Source of the DNA: Camelus ferus
Lineage: Eukaryota
DNA: 64,000 nucleotides
Direction: 5' to 3'
NCBI RefSeq assembly: GCF_009834535.1
Contig: NC_045697.1
Coordinates: 25,174,001 to 25,238,000 of the forward strand
Position numbers and translations under genes: made by a program. Positions within the stretch are counted from its first letter, which is position 1. The number at the start of each line of letters is the position of its first letter. The notes beneath the pieces are model-generated. The model had not been told where the DNA came from. It ran no database searches and saw nothing but the letters and a program-made list of their open reading frames with translations. Below are positions 50,215-63,961 of this stretch, one piece after another.

Positions 50215-50680
50215 ATTGGGATTTATTTTATGTTAGGATTTGCTTTGCCTTTATCGGCACTAGTAAATTCAACCACATTTCCCAGGCCACCTTACCCGCT
50301 GGCTTCAGGATCGTGGGTGGCACCCCAGAAGAGTAAACAGTGAGAGGCAAGGAGATGTTGGATTATTTCTGCTCCTTTCTCTCTACTTCCAGGCAGCCTC
50401 TCTTGCAGAGGCTGCATCTTTTTTGACATTCTAGTTACATCCAGGCCAAATCTTTCCTGCCGTCTTACCCACAGGACCTCGCAAACACCGACTCCTTCAT
50501 GGCTCCTTCCAGTCCTGGGGGCTGCAGTGCCTTTCTGCTGTTGCTAAACATTGGGTAGCCTCGCCATCCCCTTCTGCCCTTTCAGTTCTGCCACCTTTAC
50601 AAATAATTCCCATATTAAATTCACTGTGCTGGACTCTTTGGCAGAGCTTTTGTTGTCTTGATCAAACCCTGGATCATACA
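50215..50680 (+). mobile_element. ERVL LTR (LTR33-like) inserted in an old L1
   Basis: cctgggggctgcagtgcctttctgctgttgcta..cacctttacaaataattcccatattaaattc..accctggatcataca end. Old L1 sequence on both sides. Confidence 0.78.
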
Positions 50681-52030
50681 GCAATATTAATGAAAACATT
50701 ATGATACTGGCCTAGATATATACAAATTGACAGAAAAACCCCGCATCTATGTGAATATTTGTGACAGAGTTGGCTTTTTTAATCAGTCAGAAAAACCTTG
50801 ACTGTATAATAATTTCTTTTGGAAGCAATTAATTCATCACATGCAGAAGGGAAAGTATGAAATTAGTTTGACCTCACACTACACATAAATATTTTCTAAT
50901 ACATTAAAGACAGAATAATAAAATAAAAATTTAACATTGTTAAAAATATAGAGAGAAATATGTTAAGTAAAAAAAATAAGATTTTCTCCAATAGGACACT
51001 CAATTCAAAAAATTTAAAAATGGGATTGATAAAATTGCTAATATTAACAGTTCATTATGACAAACGTACACAAATTTAAAAAATAAAATGAAAGAAAATG
51101 TTTGAAACATTTTGGTATCAATTATATATAAAGAATGTCTAAAATGTATTAACAAAAGACAGTTCATTAGAAAAAAAGCAGAAAATTGTGTGCAGTAAGT
51201 TCACAAAAAATGTGATTTGGATGGCCAATAAATATGTGAAATATGTTTCTTCTGCCAGTAATCTAGAGTATACAAATTAAAAGGAAACAGATAATTTTTC
51301 AAATTTAACAAAATTATACAAAATGTTTTTAAACATTTGCTACTGGCAAAATAGGAAGAAATGCAAAATAGGACACTTGTATTTTTGCTGATGAGATGCA
51401 AATTGTTAGAACACTTTGGAATGGGCTTCAGCAATAATTAACAAAACTAAAGACATACATAACCTAAGACCTAGAAATTACACAGTATGCATGAAATCCA
51501 AAGAAAACTTTTACACTTAAACAAGGAAATATGCAAAAGTTCATATGACAAGCTTGTAATGGAGAATTGGAAACATTTTCTATTTATATCAGTGGAACGA
51601 TGCAAATAGGTTTAAAGTGTGTATGTGTGAGTGTGTTCTGTATAGCAGTAAAAATTAATGACTAAATCTATATAAACCTGGGTTGATATTTAAAAAAAGA
51701 ATTGAATAAAAAAGGCAAATTACAGAATATATATTCACATGATAGCAATAAGGGAAATTTTAAGATGACAATACAGTATATTTTTACACTATACATGTAT
51801 AGTAAATACATAACAACAATATTAGGAAGGTATATACATTAAATTTAAGATGCTGCTGAAAGTTGGGTTGGACAGAGAGGAAGTGGGATAATGATCAGAA
51901 CAAAGGAGACTTTTTTGTATGGATCCTCATTTTTAAAATTATATGGGGAAATACAGAAGTTTTAATATTTTAACAATATCTATGCTCTTGGCATACATGA
52001 TGTATAATAAAATTTAACTTAAAAGTTATT
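50681..52030 (+). mobile_element. Old L1 (L1ME-like) ORF2 end and 3' UTR; upstream pieces at ~49480-49740 and ~50090-50214
   Basis: acctcacactacacataaat, atggccaataaatatgtgaaa, gctgatgagatgcaaattgttagaacactttgga, gacctagaaattacac. Confidence 0.78.
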
Positions 52031-54214
52031 AAGTATACCTTATACATAACCTGTGTTATAGAAACAAAATTAGAAAAATTAAATTCAAAATTTATTTGGA
52101 TTTTTAATAAATTTGAGTAACATGATCATGAATAAGTATTAACTTCTTTATGTTTTCTGTACTTTATAATGTTAAAATAGTATTATATCATTTTTAACAA
52201 TAAACAATGATTTATTTTACAAACACTATATAAATTAATTATCTCAAATGGCATTAATGGGTATTTGACACTGCTTTTACACTAAATAATAGTAACATCG
52301 TTTGCTTTCTATGTATTTTAATACAGTTTCAAATTAGTAAACTATATCTGTATTTTACACATAAATTGTTTGATGGATTGGTATAAACTTCTCTTTTGAT
52401 TTTTTTGTACAAATTAATAGATTTACTTACAGAATAAGTTCTTTGCAAAAATGGTGGATAGCAACGTTCAAATACAGTGGCACATTCAAGTTGAATCATT
52501 AATCTGTCTTGCTCTCAATACAATATTTTCTTCTAATTATACATATATTTTACATGATGACACTTTGATAGCGATATTAAAATTTAATGCTTGGTAGATT
52601 TTGGCAAATTAGATACTTTTAGCTATTGGGCAGTTATGAACAGAGTTACAAAACTCCTTTACAGACAAAAATGGCATGTTTGTAGGAGTAATAAAGTAAA
52701 TGTGTTTTTGTTATGCTGGGGACTATGACAAAAATATGTGCCAGTCTAAATTATTTGGTATTTCTTTTCCTTCTAGGTTTTAATAAATTATCAAAACAGA
52801 CTATATTTTGTAGCATTTTCTGAAAATAAATCTATTTCTAACATATTTCTGAATTAATTTGAATAGATTTTGTGCAGAGGAAGTAATTTTACACTGAAAT
52901 GAGTTGCATTGAATGTTAACACCACATACAGATGCCCTCTCTAATTGTAATATTTTTCTCTAGAATCTTAGTTCAGCAAGGTATCCTATTAAAGCAATTG
53001 CCCAAGTAACACTTTTATCTTTTTTGTTTGTTTCTATTAATGTTAAAGAGAAACTTTCATTGGTCTTTACTTTCATCGTTTGGAGTTAATCATTTTAAAA
53101 ATTATCATCCAAATGTTTATTTTTGGCCTGGTAAACTGAAACTAAAATATTTACTTTGAATCTATCTTACCACTGTTTCTTCTGGTTTCCAGTTCTTATA
53201 TCAGATGAGCAGACAAGTAACACAAAGCAAAATATAACTAAGATTTGGTTTCCCGAAAAGTAACCGTAAAATGCTTCCTCTAGTCGGATACCATACTTAG
53301 AAAGTGTGGAGTCAGAAAAGAACATACAAACTTGGTTCCTGCCCTATGATTCAGTGAGGCTGTCAGTCTAGTGGATACTACCTGTTTTTAAATACATTGT
53401 AAAAAATAATTTAAAACAAAATGTTTCATCTCTCCATAGAAATGGAGTTCAAAACCCTAACCACAAGACCATCATTTGAAATGATTAATAGAAACAATTG
53501 AAATGATAGATGGTATTTTAAAAGCAACTTATCAATTATTACTCAAAAATAAACTGTGAAATGTTTTATTTAAGCTTTTTCATCTTTACTATACCAAGAT
53601 TAGTTGTTGAGTTGTTTGTTTTTTTAAAGAAAGAAAAAAGATAATGAGAGTAAAAGGGGGGAAAAGGACTTCAGCAAGCTTGAGTCAAATGACTTAGTGA
53701 TTTAGCTCAAATGTGCAAATTATTTTAGACTCAGAAAAAAATTACTCATCATTTGCATATTTAAATTTAGTATTCACATTCTTTTACAATAATGCTGTGA
53801 TGAAAATTAATTCTCACATGTATATGGAGCATAAATAAATGTGCATATAATATACGTCTAATGGCTAAATGAAATGGTTCATATCTATAGTATATACACA
53901 CATAGAGCTATATACGTACATTTGTCGATGGAGAGAGATATAGTTATCTTCGTATCATTTTGATAAGTGATTATTCTCCAAAAAGGGAAAAGAGCTAAGA
54001 ATATTTTTGTAACAGTAATTTTAAGGAGGATATGTGAATGAAAGTGATATTCAGACATTCAAACTCTTGGAAAACAAACAGACAATAGACGTGTGATGAG
54101 GTTAACATTTAGAATTAATATAGAGTGCAGTATAGCTTCAGTGTGAAGTGTTCCAGTTATCAAACCACTCTAAGCCTTTTTTCCTTGCCTGTAATGTGTA
54201 GATGATAAACTAAA

Positions 54215-54355
54215 TTCTCTCTAGAATGTAAAATCTAGGTGATAGGTATCTGGTTATATTCAAAACAAAGGTCTGCAGCCCAGACCTAGAACACAACCTT
54301 GCATTTACGCATTGTTGAATACACATTGTTGAATAAATAAAAATCAATGAATCAG
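54215..54355 (+). mobile_element. L2 3' end, flanked by MIR-like sequence (~54140-54440)
   Basis: ctagaatgtaaaatct..cctagaacaca..ttgttgaataaataaaaatcaatgaat. Confidence 0.7.
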
Positions 54356-54774
54356 TCAATCAGTGGATGCTTTTCACAGAGAAGTTTTGAAATTGGTCTT
54401 AAACACTTTGCTTAAGCATATAATAAGTACCCACTAAACAGAATTTCCATTATAATCCTTCTTATCACCAATAATAATACAGATTTTCTATGTCTATATC
54501 ATAATCAACATAGGGTTTATACAATTGGAGGTCATGCCTTTTTCCTTGTTAAGTTTTGTGGAATTTTCCATTTTAAATTGGTTTTGAATTATAGTCAAAG
54601 CCTAATGTAAATAGAGACTTTTATTTGATAGTGTATGTGAGGCGCAGGTAGAGTGACGACATGAATCAATGTGGACAGAAAATGAAATAAAAGGTAAACC
54701 AAAAAAATTAGCTTCACTGTTTTAAACATTCCTTAGGATAAAATGATAAATCTATATAAAATAAGTCTGCACAG

Positions 54775-55850
54775 AACATTTTCTAATGGCAAGTTAAGGA
54801 GTCTAGATCTTTTATCATGTAATCAGTAGTGATTCTTAAGCTGATGGCAATATGATAAATCTGTTATTATAACAAGAATAGTCTGGTGCAGAAGTAATAA
54901 AATTTTTCAGGTTTTAAAGCAATTTTACATCTTCTGTCAAAATATTGGTATCTGGCTTGCTTTTTTACCTCAACAATATCACTTCAGAGAATTTATACTT
55001 TGGAAATCTTCTGCTCAAAATTTAAACTGTTAGATATAGTCAAAGCATTGCTTAAATTGCTGAATCATTTAAATCACCTACTAATGAGAATTATTAATCA
55101 GATTATGGTATGTCCAATCGGTAGACTGATTTGTGGTCATTATAAAGATATGAGGGAGAGTGCTTTAATGAAAAAAATGATCGTGAACATAGAGGGGAAT
55201 TAGAAAATATTGGCTTTAGTGCCTCTATAATTTCTATGAAAAGTATGTTCCTACCTTTGTGCTCTTCATAGCACAAATGTTCATAGAAGAGAGTTTGGAA
55301 ATAATAATACACACATGTAAGAAATTTATCTATACTTTTTAGATTTTCTGGTTCAAATATTCTTTGCCTTTATCATTTTTTTTAAAGAAACATTTTAAAA
55401 GGAAATATCAAGCAACAGTATACAGGGTAGAATCTAATAAACCAAAAATTGAACTGGGTGCTGGAACAAAGGGAAGTTGAGTGTGCAAGGATGTGGCTAT
55501 GACAGAGTTTCGAGTTCTGTTGATCCATTAATGAGTTGCTAAGTTGAGACAAAAATTGCTGTAGAAGTTTTGCAAATACTTCATTGTTGTTTTTATGGTT
55601 ATTCTTGTTGTTGGAGTTGTTTTGGTCAGTAATTCTTTATGAAGACAGTTTAAATTTCAAGTAACAGATAAATATTTGATGAAACCCTATGTGTGCAACA
55701 AAAAATATTTTGTCTGTATGAATTAATACATATTTACATACTGGGTTTTAGAATAGTTTATCTTATTTGTATATACTCTTGGTTCAGAAAGATTTGGGGC
55801 TTAATATAGAGACACATGAGGTATAATTTAACATAAGTTAAAATAACAAA
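54775..55850 (-). mobile_element. Scattered L2 fragments
   Basis: gttaaggagtctagatcttttatc..ttaagc..tatgataaat; gtagaatc..; aaatatttgatgaaaccctatgtgtgca. Confidence 0.4.
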
Positions 55851-57009
55851 GATAAGTAAATAGTGTAGGACCATATCATGTCATAGCATGAGGATACAAT
55901 ACAATATGATACAAGCATATATACGTGTGATGGTTAGGACACAGGTTTTGTTTTTACCACTCCATAAATCCCATCAGTGAAAAGAATTCAGGTTAATTGC
56001 AAAGTATCTAATGCCTTAAATATCAAAAGTCTAGTTACCTTAGAGACTTAATATTAGACAACTTTTTACCTACGAATAATCATAAAAATCAAATTATGTA
56101 ATATAATTAACATCATCTTCAGCAGTATTCCCTACAGTGGATCAAACAAGAATTTTGTAGATCTGTTTCCTATAGCCCTTTTTTGAAAGGGACTCTGGTG
56201 TGCAATTCAGTAACATCGGTTCATTTTGTGTGTGTTGAGGGAATTGTGGTGACAGAGCAACAATAAAATGTTAAAAGGTCCACATATACTTTTCCTGCTT
56301 ATATGGATTTCAATGTTAATTTTAGAGAATTGAGTAGAATAGATTTTCTTTTGTATATTGTTTAAATTGTACTTTTGAAGATAGGTGGTTTTGAATATTG
56401 TACCAAGATGGAAACTATTATGCATTGCTCATTAAATGTAGACCCAAACACCTTATGGTACTGAATAAAACATAAAAAAAATTGCATATTGTGAAAAGAG
56501 AGTGAGAAAAATTTATTAGAAAACAGCTAGTTCATTACCTACCTTGACATATTACTTGGTAACTTGGCCATTTCAATCCCTGGTATTATGACTATTATCA
56601 GTAGACATTGTATTAGATATTTCATATTTAGGTGATTGAAATGTAGTGTGACAGGAAGAATTATTTAAATGTATACATAGTGATAGCAAAAATATTATCT
56701 ATTTTAGGGATGGTAAAAAAGAAACAATTAATGCAAGAGATTTAATTATTAACATAATCTTTAGGAATCTAATATGATTCCTTGCTACATTTTAATTTTC
56801 ATGAATACTTGTATTCATATATTTAAATATGTATGTTTTGGTTATTCGCTTATTTATTTATTTGTTTTTATGCCATTGTGCATATATGAACAACATTTAT
56901 GTTTTAGTAAGGCTCCCATATTGATTACAGCAATGATAATCTGAAGCCAGTTATCTTAACTTCAAGAAGTAATGTGTTTAACTATACTTCATATAGCTGT
57001 AGTCTATAT

Positions 57010-57219
57010 TTGTGGTTTTCGGCCAGGAGCAATTTTGTCCCCTTGGGGTTATTTGGTAATACTTGGCAACATTTTTGATTCTTATAAACAGGGAAGGAGA
57101 TCCTGGCATCTAGTGAGTAAACCTAGGGATGCTGCTAAAAATCCTGTAGTACAGGAAAGGCCCGCCCAACCAACAGTCCTCTGGCCCAAAATACCAAAAA
57201 TGCCATGGTTGAGAAACTG
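57010..57219. mobile_element. MER20 hAT-Charlie MITE
   Basis: caattttgtcccc..ctggcatctagtgagta..agggatgctgctaaaaatcct..ggttgagaaactg. Degenerate 8-bp TSD gtctatat / ctctatct. Confidence 0.9.
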
Positions 57220-57227
57220 CTCTATCT

Positions 57228-57358
57228 TTTCATAGATGCGAGAATTTATAAGAAGATGTGTACCTCTTGTGTCTTCAGTTCCTCGAACAGTGCATGACAT
57301 TCAATAGAGGGTCAAAAGCTAACAGTAAGAAGAACAAATAGATAAATGAATGAATGGG
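57228..57358 (+). mobile_element. L2 3' end
   Basis: cagttcctcgaacagtgcatgaca..aaatgaatgaatg. Confidence 0.65.
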
Positions 57359-59859
57359 AAGTTTTAAAATTCACACATAAATATTCCTAGACAATTGTAC
57401 CTTTTTTCCCACAGACTATTAGTTACAGATATAATACAAATAAAACAAAAATTATATTTAGAAAAACTTTTCAAGAATGATATTTTAAGAAATTAGTTTT
57501 ATAATTTTAATTCAGAGGGAACATCTTTAAAAATCATGACATTCATGACAAAATGTAAATGAGTGAAAGAGATATATATATTAGCAACAATTAAAATACT
57601 GAAGTGGAAATTTTGTATTCAAATATTCCTGAACTTACCCTGTTTTCTCTCTGATAAAGACTTGTCCAAATAACCCTCATCTCTTCCTTCTCTGAACTTC
57701 TCTATCACTGTTAGTCACTGCCTCCCATGTTATTCTTTAATAGTATTTAGGATACACTCATATCTTAAGAAAGGGCAGCAAGTTTCATTAAGAAAGATAC
57801 ACATTAGCAGGCTAATGGAAAGAATTTCTGACAACACACTACAGAAAAAACATCATATCAACGGCTCAGTATTAGCGTGACTCCTCTCAATTTTCTGTAA
57901 AGAACATATACTTTAAATTTGATCATCTCTTAGAATTACTCTGAGGGTTGCAAACAATGTGAAAATCCCATTTCAACTGCATTCAGTATGTTCAATTCAG
58001 AAGTAATTGATTTTTCATCTTCACTTAGAAGCATAAAGCATGAGAGAAAATTTATGTATTGAAATAAAACCAAAGAAGTGTACAGGAACCTATTGAAAAG
58101 CTTGATGGAAATTAAGATAGAAAATTTGAAGCATTAGTAACTGCTTTGGTTATGAAAGGCATCATTTTGGAATCTATTGTTCATTTTTTTCACTGTAGGT
58201 ATTTAGTTCTAAAATCGGCTTTGTTCTTTTTTGTGGCATTTCATGTACTATAACTATTATTTAATTAATTTAACAGTGAGTTATTAAGCACTGTTTTTTT
58301 CAAATCCTTGTGATAGCTGCTTGGCAGAGGTGACAGATTCAACAAAATAAATGTTGTAAGCTCCCCCTGCAAAACAGCTTTTATTTCTAATGAGAGAAGC
58401 AGACACGTATGATAACACAGGGTGTGGATTCTTGGATAATCACATATTAATGTTCAAACTTGATCCTACTAATTAATTCTGATCATTATTTGTATTCTCT
58501 ATTACTAGAGAATAAATTGATTTAAAGGACAGCATTTCTGAGTAGTTTTATCCTAATTCCTATGACCTATATGTTTTAAGTGTACTCAAGAAATATAGGT
58601 TGATTTTAATTCCTAGTTTTGGCCTAATATTTGATTTCAAATATTTCTTTGTGAACTTACATATGTTTTCAATCCCAATTTTCATTGACTGATTTCTATA
58701 TCTGCTTCTACATTTGAACTGGCGTACCTTTGTTAGAATACATAATCTTAGTAAAATTTGTTTAAACAGGAAAAAAAAATCCTTGAGGCAAGTCAGAATA
58801 GTTGAGTAAGTAGGAATGAATGGAAATGTACTTGGAAGTATTATGTTGTAAGATCAGTCAGTTTCTGAAAAATATAATTAATACTATAATTAAAATTCAT
58901 ATGAGTAAAACAGATATCCAAAAGCTTAGTACAGAGAGAAAGAAATGTAAAATTTCACAATATGTGAAAGACATTTTATAGGCTTTAAATTAAAAATCAC
59001 TGATGTTAAGGAAAAATTTTTTTATAGCTGTATGAAAAGCATAGATGCACTGGGGAGATATAAAATTGACTACATTCAGAGAAGTAGAGTGAAGAAAATA
59101 AGTGAGACTATCACAAAATGTGGAAATTAGGTCATGTCTCATGGTAAAAGTCAGAGGACTGCTCAATTGTGTTTCAAGAGAAATGTAGTATATAAGAGAT
59201 AGAGAAGTAATAGGAAAGCATTTTTCAGTTTAGTTTAGTTTTTAGTTATGAAACACCAACACCTTAAGGAAGGAAATTTTGTCATCCCAAAACAATATAA
59301 GACAATATAGATAGCAGGAAACTGATTTTTTTTATTATTTTTTAAAAATTTGTAGTTATTTCTGTTCTTACTAAGTATCCTGAATAAATATTAACCAGGA
59401 TGCAAAATTGGAAATAGAAAATTAGAAAGAAAAATGCTCTAGATTTACTATCAATCCATACCTCACTGTGATCTATTTCTTTTAATTCAGTATACTTTGT
59501 CTTTAAAATTTTGCCCCATTATCCTATGATTATTATCATCATCATCCAAACTGACTTTTTTCTTACCATGTATGCTGGCCTATTCTAATATCAATTAGGT
59601 TGTTGAGACTTATGTTTCCCAGGTTTTCATTCCAAAAAAGAGTCAGACAAATAAAAAATATGCAATATTTGGGGGATAAAAATAAAGCAGCAACCATTTT
59701 GCTCTGATGGCTGCTGTTGACTGAAGGAAGTGAGAGATTAATACAGACATGCTAGTGAGGGCCGGCTCTTGCTCTTTCCTCCATCATCATGTATTAGTTT
59801 GTCTTTGTTAGTATTTTTTTTTTTTAATTTTAGTTATTTAACACATCTAGACAGAAAAT

Positions 59860-60180
59860 TTATGTGAAGCAAGGGGCTGAATCTTACCAAACTGAGGATG
59901 GCAGTAGCCACAAAGAGACAACACCCTGCCGTAGGCTTGTGCAACATGTCCCCATCAAACTCCTTCTCTAGAAGCTGGGTGGACCTAGCTCTAGATTTCC
60001 CTGGTAACCCCAACTCTATCACCTACGCCAGGGCTGGATGCTGACCTTTCTTGGATCTTTCTAAACCCCTTTTTAGAGCTTTCATTTCCTCGTTCCTTCA
60101 AAATTGTGTGAAGTAGACTCCCTTGTTTCATTAGACCCATAGTGTCCATGCTTCCCGAATAGAACTCTGACTAACACAAG
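59860..60180 (+). mobile_element. Probable old ERVL-type LTR fragment
   Basis: GC-richer block ending gaactctgactaacaca, like an ERVL/MaLR LTR 3' terminus. Confidence 0.4.
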
Positions 60181-60559
60181 TTCACATCATATTCTAAGTT
60201 CTGTCATGTACAGCTTCTTATTCTGTCATAGCTACCTTTACACCATATTCTGTTTTTTTTTTTTTAATTCAGTCGCACTACAAAAACAATTTTCTTTCTA
60301 TTTAGCTAAACCTAGTTTTGAAAAACAAAAATGCCATCAAGCATGTCTTTGTTATCCAAATCAGGCTATTCATCTACAAGCCTTGGACAACTTTCTGAGA
60401 AATATCCATTCCAGACCTTTAAAATCAGAATCAACTGATGTGTGTATTTTATATAATGTGTATTTTAAACTACGTATTTTAAATACTCATCAGTGAAGTA
60501 AAAGTATCAGTTCTGTGATACAGAATTATAGTTAAATTCATGTTATTTTAATAATAATA

Positions 60560-60760
60560 ATATGGATTTGAATCCTGGTTCATCCACTATGTAACTTGTG
60601 AAAGTTTCTTAATCTCTCTAAGCATTATTTTCCTCATATTAAAATAGAATTAACAATACTACCTAACAATGTTGTTACACAATAGATTACATAGTTACTG
60701 TTTAATTACTAACAGATTAATTGTGGTTAAATAAGCTAATGATTATAAAAATGATTGCAT
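60560..60760 (+). mobile_element. MIR SINE
   Basis: ggatttgaatcctggttc..ttcttaatctctctaagc..tttcctcat..aatactacct. Confidence 0.75.
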
Positions 60761-60964
60761 TATAATGTTAAAATTACTGAATAACAGAATCAGTCTGAAA
60801 CACTATGTGATCAATCTACAACATAAATCCATCCAAATTATCTCATTGTTGCCACTGACAAAAACAAGTAACATTTCCCTTATTCCTTTAACAAAAGTAT
60901 TAGTTATCCTAGTAATTCTATGCTGGAAATCTTGACACAATCCTAGAATTTTCCTTCTTATTGT

Positions 60965-61240
60965 TATAAACATTTGTTCTAAGTGCCAGGATATGTCATT
61001 GAGAAAATAGACAAATTCATGCTCTCATGGAACTTACATTTTAGTGGAGAAAAAGAGAAGAAAATGAAAAATACTTAAGAAACAATATACTAGGTAGAAA
61101 GTGATTATTGTTAAAGAGAAATACAAAGCAGAGAAGTCTAGAGGAAGTGTCACCTTTACTGAGGACAGAGTCAAATGTAAGAACAAAGTGGCTGCATGTT
61201 GGATTTAGGCAGAAGGACCATGAAAAATATTATAGGCAAC
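60965..61240 (-). mobile_element. L2 3' fragment
   Basis: aagtgccagg..tgctctcatggaacttacattttagtgg. Confidence 0.7.
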
Positions 61241-61519
61241 TTTGATTGCTAATGTATACAGGAGAATTCATATTACCCACCACAATACCAAACATTTTCT
61301 TGAGAAATGTGTTATAAAAATACTAAAAATTAACTTATTTATAGTTTTTTTTTTTAAATTGACGTGTCATTCACAAAGAAATCCTAACAGTTTTTCTATG
61401 GATTATAAATGTAGGCATTTGCCATCATTAAAGTGGGATTCTAAAGATAATTACATTTTAATACTCTATGAGATCTGACTAAACACCTTCGAAAAATGAA
61501 GATGCAAACAACAAAACAA

Positions 61520-62608
61520 ATAGAGTGAAGCAATGATAAAATTTAGTCTCTGTTTCTGATAAAAAATATTTATCAAATTAGGAATAGGAAGGATTTTGTC
61601 ATATTTAACAAAGGATATCTACAGAAAAGAAAAGAGAAAAAACAAGAAACAAAAAACCAACATATTTCATGGTGCTATTCTAGACTTTACTCTAAGATTG
61701 GAAATTAGATGATAATGTTAATTTACCAATACTTCTGTTCAGCAGTTTACTGGAAATTCTAGCCTCAGGTAAAGGAAAAAGAAACTATAAGAAATAAAAG
61801 AAATAAAGCTATATTCTCAAGTGATATGATTATGAATGCAGAAAATCTAGAAAAATCCACAAATAAATTCATAGAACATTTATAAGTTAGCAAGTTTATG
61901 GGAATGGCTGGATAGAAGGTCAGTGTACAAAAATTTGAATTTTATGCATGCTAAATAACAAGTAGAAAATAAAATAGGAAAATAAAATAATTTGAAATAA
62001 CATCAAAAGCATTAGATACATAGGAATGAATCTACCCAGAAAAACGTATAGTGCCATTAGGCAATATGAAAACTTAAATGTAAATGTAAATGCTTCTCAA
62101 TTGATAGGCTCAACATTATTAGGATAGCATTATCCCCAAATAAATTAAATGATTTGATACAATATGAAACAAAACTTTATGGTTTGTTTTTGTTGTTGTT
62201 ATGTGTTGTTGTTGTTTTAATTTTGTTAGAATATTGACATTCTGAAATTTGTATGGTGATTCAAAGAGCAAAAAATAGCCACGACAATCCTGAAGACAGA
62301 TAACAAGGGAGTGGAGTTATTTTATTCTCTTAAATATAAATATTTAGTATAAAGTCATATTAATTAAAATACTGTTTTATGGGTAGTAAGATAGAAAAAT
62401 AGATCAATGGCAAAGAATAATGTTTAGAACAGACCAATGCATGGGTGGACAATTGATTTTTGACAAAAATAATATAGCAAAGTACTGAGGAAAGTCTGGT
62501 CACCTAATAAATTTCAATAAATGTTACATGTAGAGAATAAATGATGTTTAACAATCATTCCACATCATACACAAATAAACTCCAGGTCCAATATTTATGT
62601 AAATTTGA
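61520..62608 (+). mobile_element. Old L1 (L1ME-like) ORF2 RT to C-terminal fragment
   Basis: aaattaggaataggaagga, tactggaaattctagcc, gatatgattatg..gcagaaaatc, aatagccacgacaatcctgaaga. Confidence 0.8.
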
Positions 62609-62609
62609 A

Positions 62610-63943
62610 CATGCAATGGAGAAAAGATAGTCTCTATAAATAATGCTGGAAAAACTGGACAGCCACATGAAAAAAAATGAAAATAGATCACTCTCACACA
62701 ATGCACAAAAATCAATTCAAAATGGATTAAAGACTTGAGTGTAAGATCAGAAACCATGAAACTCCTGTAAGAAAACATGGGCAGTATGCTCTTTGACATC
62801 TGTCTTAGCAATGTCTTTCTGGATATGCCTCCCCAGGCAAGGGAAATAAAAGTAAAAATCAACAAATGGGACTACATTAAACTAAAAAGTTTTGGACAGC
62901 AAAGGAAGCCATCAATAAAATGAAAAGGCAACCTATACACTGGAAGAAGATATTTGCAAAACAAATATCTAATGAGTTAATATCCAAAATGTATTAGGAA
63001 CTCATACAACTTGAAAGCAAAGCAAACAACAGGAATAATGAATGAGCAGAGGATCTGAATGTTTATAAAGAAGACATACAAAAGGCCAACAAATATGTCA
63101 AAAGGTACTTAACATCACTCATCATCAGGGAAATACAGATCAAAACCATGGTGAGATATCATCTTGCACCTATTACAATAGCTATTATCAAAAGGATGAA
63201 AGATAAGTATTGGTGAGGATGTGGAGAAAAAACCCTTGTACACTGTTAATGGGAATATAAATCAGCGTAACTATTATGGAAAATAGTATGAAAGTTCCTC
63301 AGAGAATTAAAAATTGAATTACCGCATGGATTCCACTCCTGAATGCATACCCAAAGGAAATGAAACTGTATCTCAAAAACATGTCTACACTCTCTTGTTC
63401 ATTACAGCATTATTCAGAATAGCCAAGGTATGGAAACAACCTGTGGCCATTGACGGATGAATGGATAAAGAGATTGTGGTATATATGTCTGTGTGTGTAT
63501 GTATGTGTATATATATACATATATATATTTATATAATGGGATATTATTCAGCATTCAAAAAGGAGATCCTGCCATTTGCAACAACCTGATGAGCCTGGAG
63601 GGCATGATGCTAAGTAAGGGAAGCCAGACACAGAAAGAAAAATACTGAATGATCTCTTTTACATGCAGACTCTAAAAAAGTTGAATACATAGAAGCAGAG
63701 AGTAAAACAGTGGTTACCAGAAGTAGGGAAGTTGATCAACGGATACAAACTTACAGTTACGCGGGATTAATAATTCTAGAGATCTAACATAAAGCATGAT
63801 GACTGCAGTTAATAATACTATGTTGAATACTGGAAATTTACTGAGAGAGTGAATTTCAAGTGCTGTCACAACACACACAAAAATGATAGCTATGTGAGGA
63901 GATTGGTATGTTGATTATCTTGACTGTAGTAATCATTTCACTA
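62610..63943 (+). mobile_element. L1MA9-like ORF2 C-terminus and 3' UTR; runs toward the window edge
   Basis: aaaatcaattcaaaatggattaaagactt, caaatgggactacattaaactaaaaag, catcactcatcatcagggaaat, cctgccatttgcaacaac, tgtagtaatcatttcact. Confidence 0.93.
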
Positions 63944-63961
63944 TGTGTGTGTGTGTGTGTG

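Noticed and set aside
54309..54336. 14-bp tandem duplication (cattgttgaata)
   Set aside because: Trivial slippage within an L2 tail.
62548..62865. Hydrophobic ORFs (also 1032-1250, 1703-1897, 3608-3826, 33125-33433, 37948-38223) as membrane proteins
   Set aside because: They are antisense frames of A-rich L1 sequence, which yield F/L/I-rich peptides by composition.
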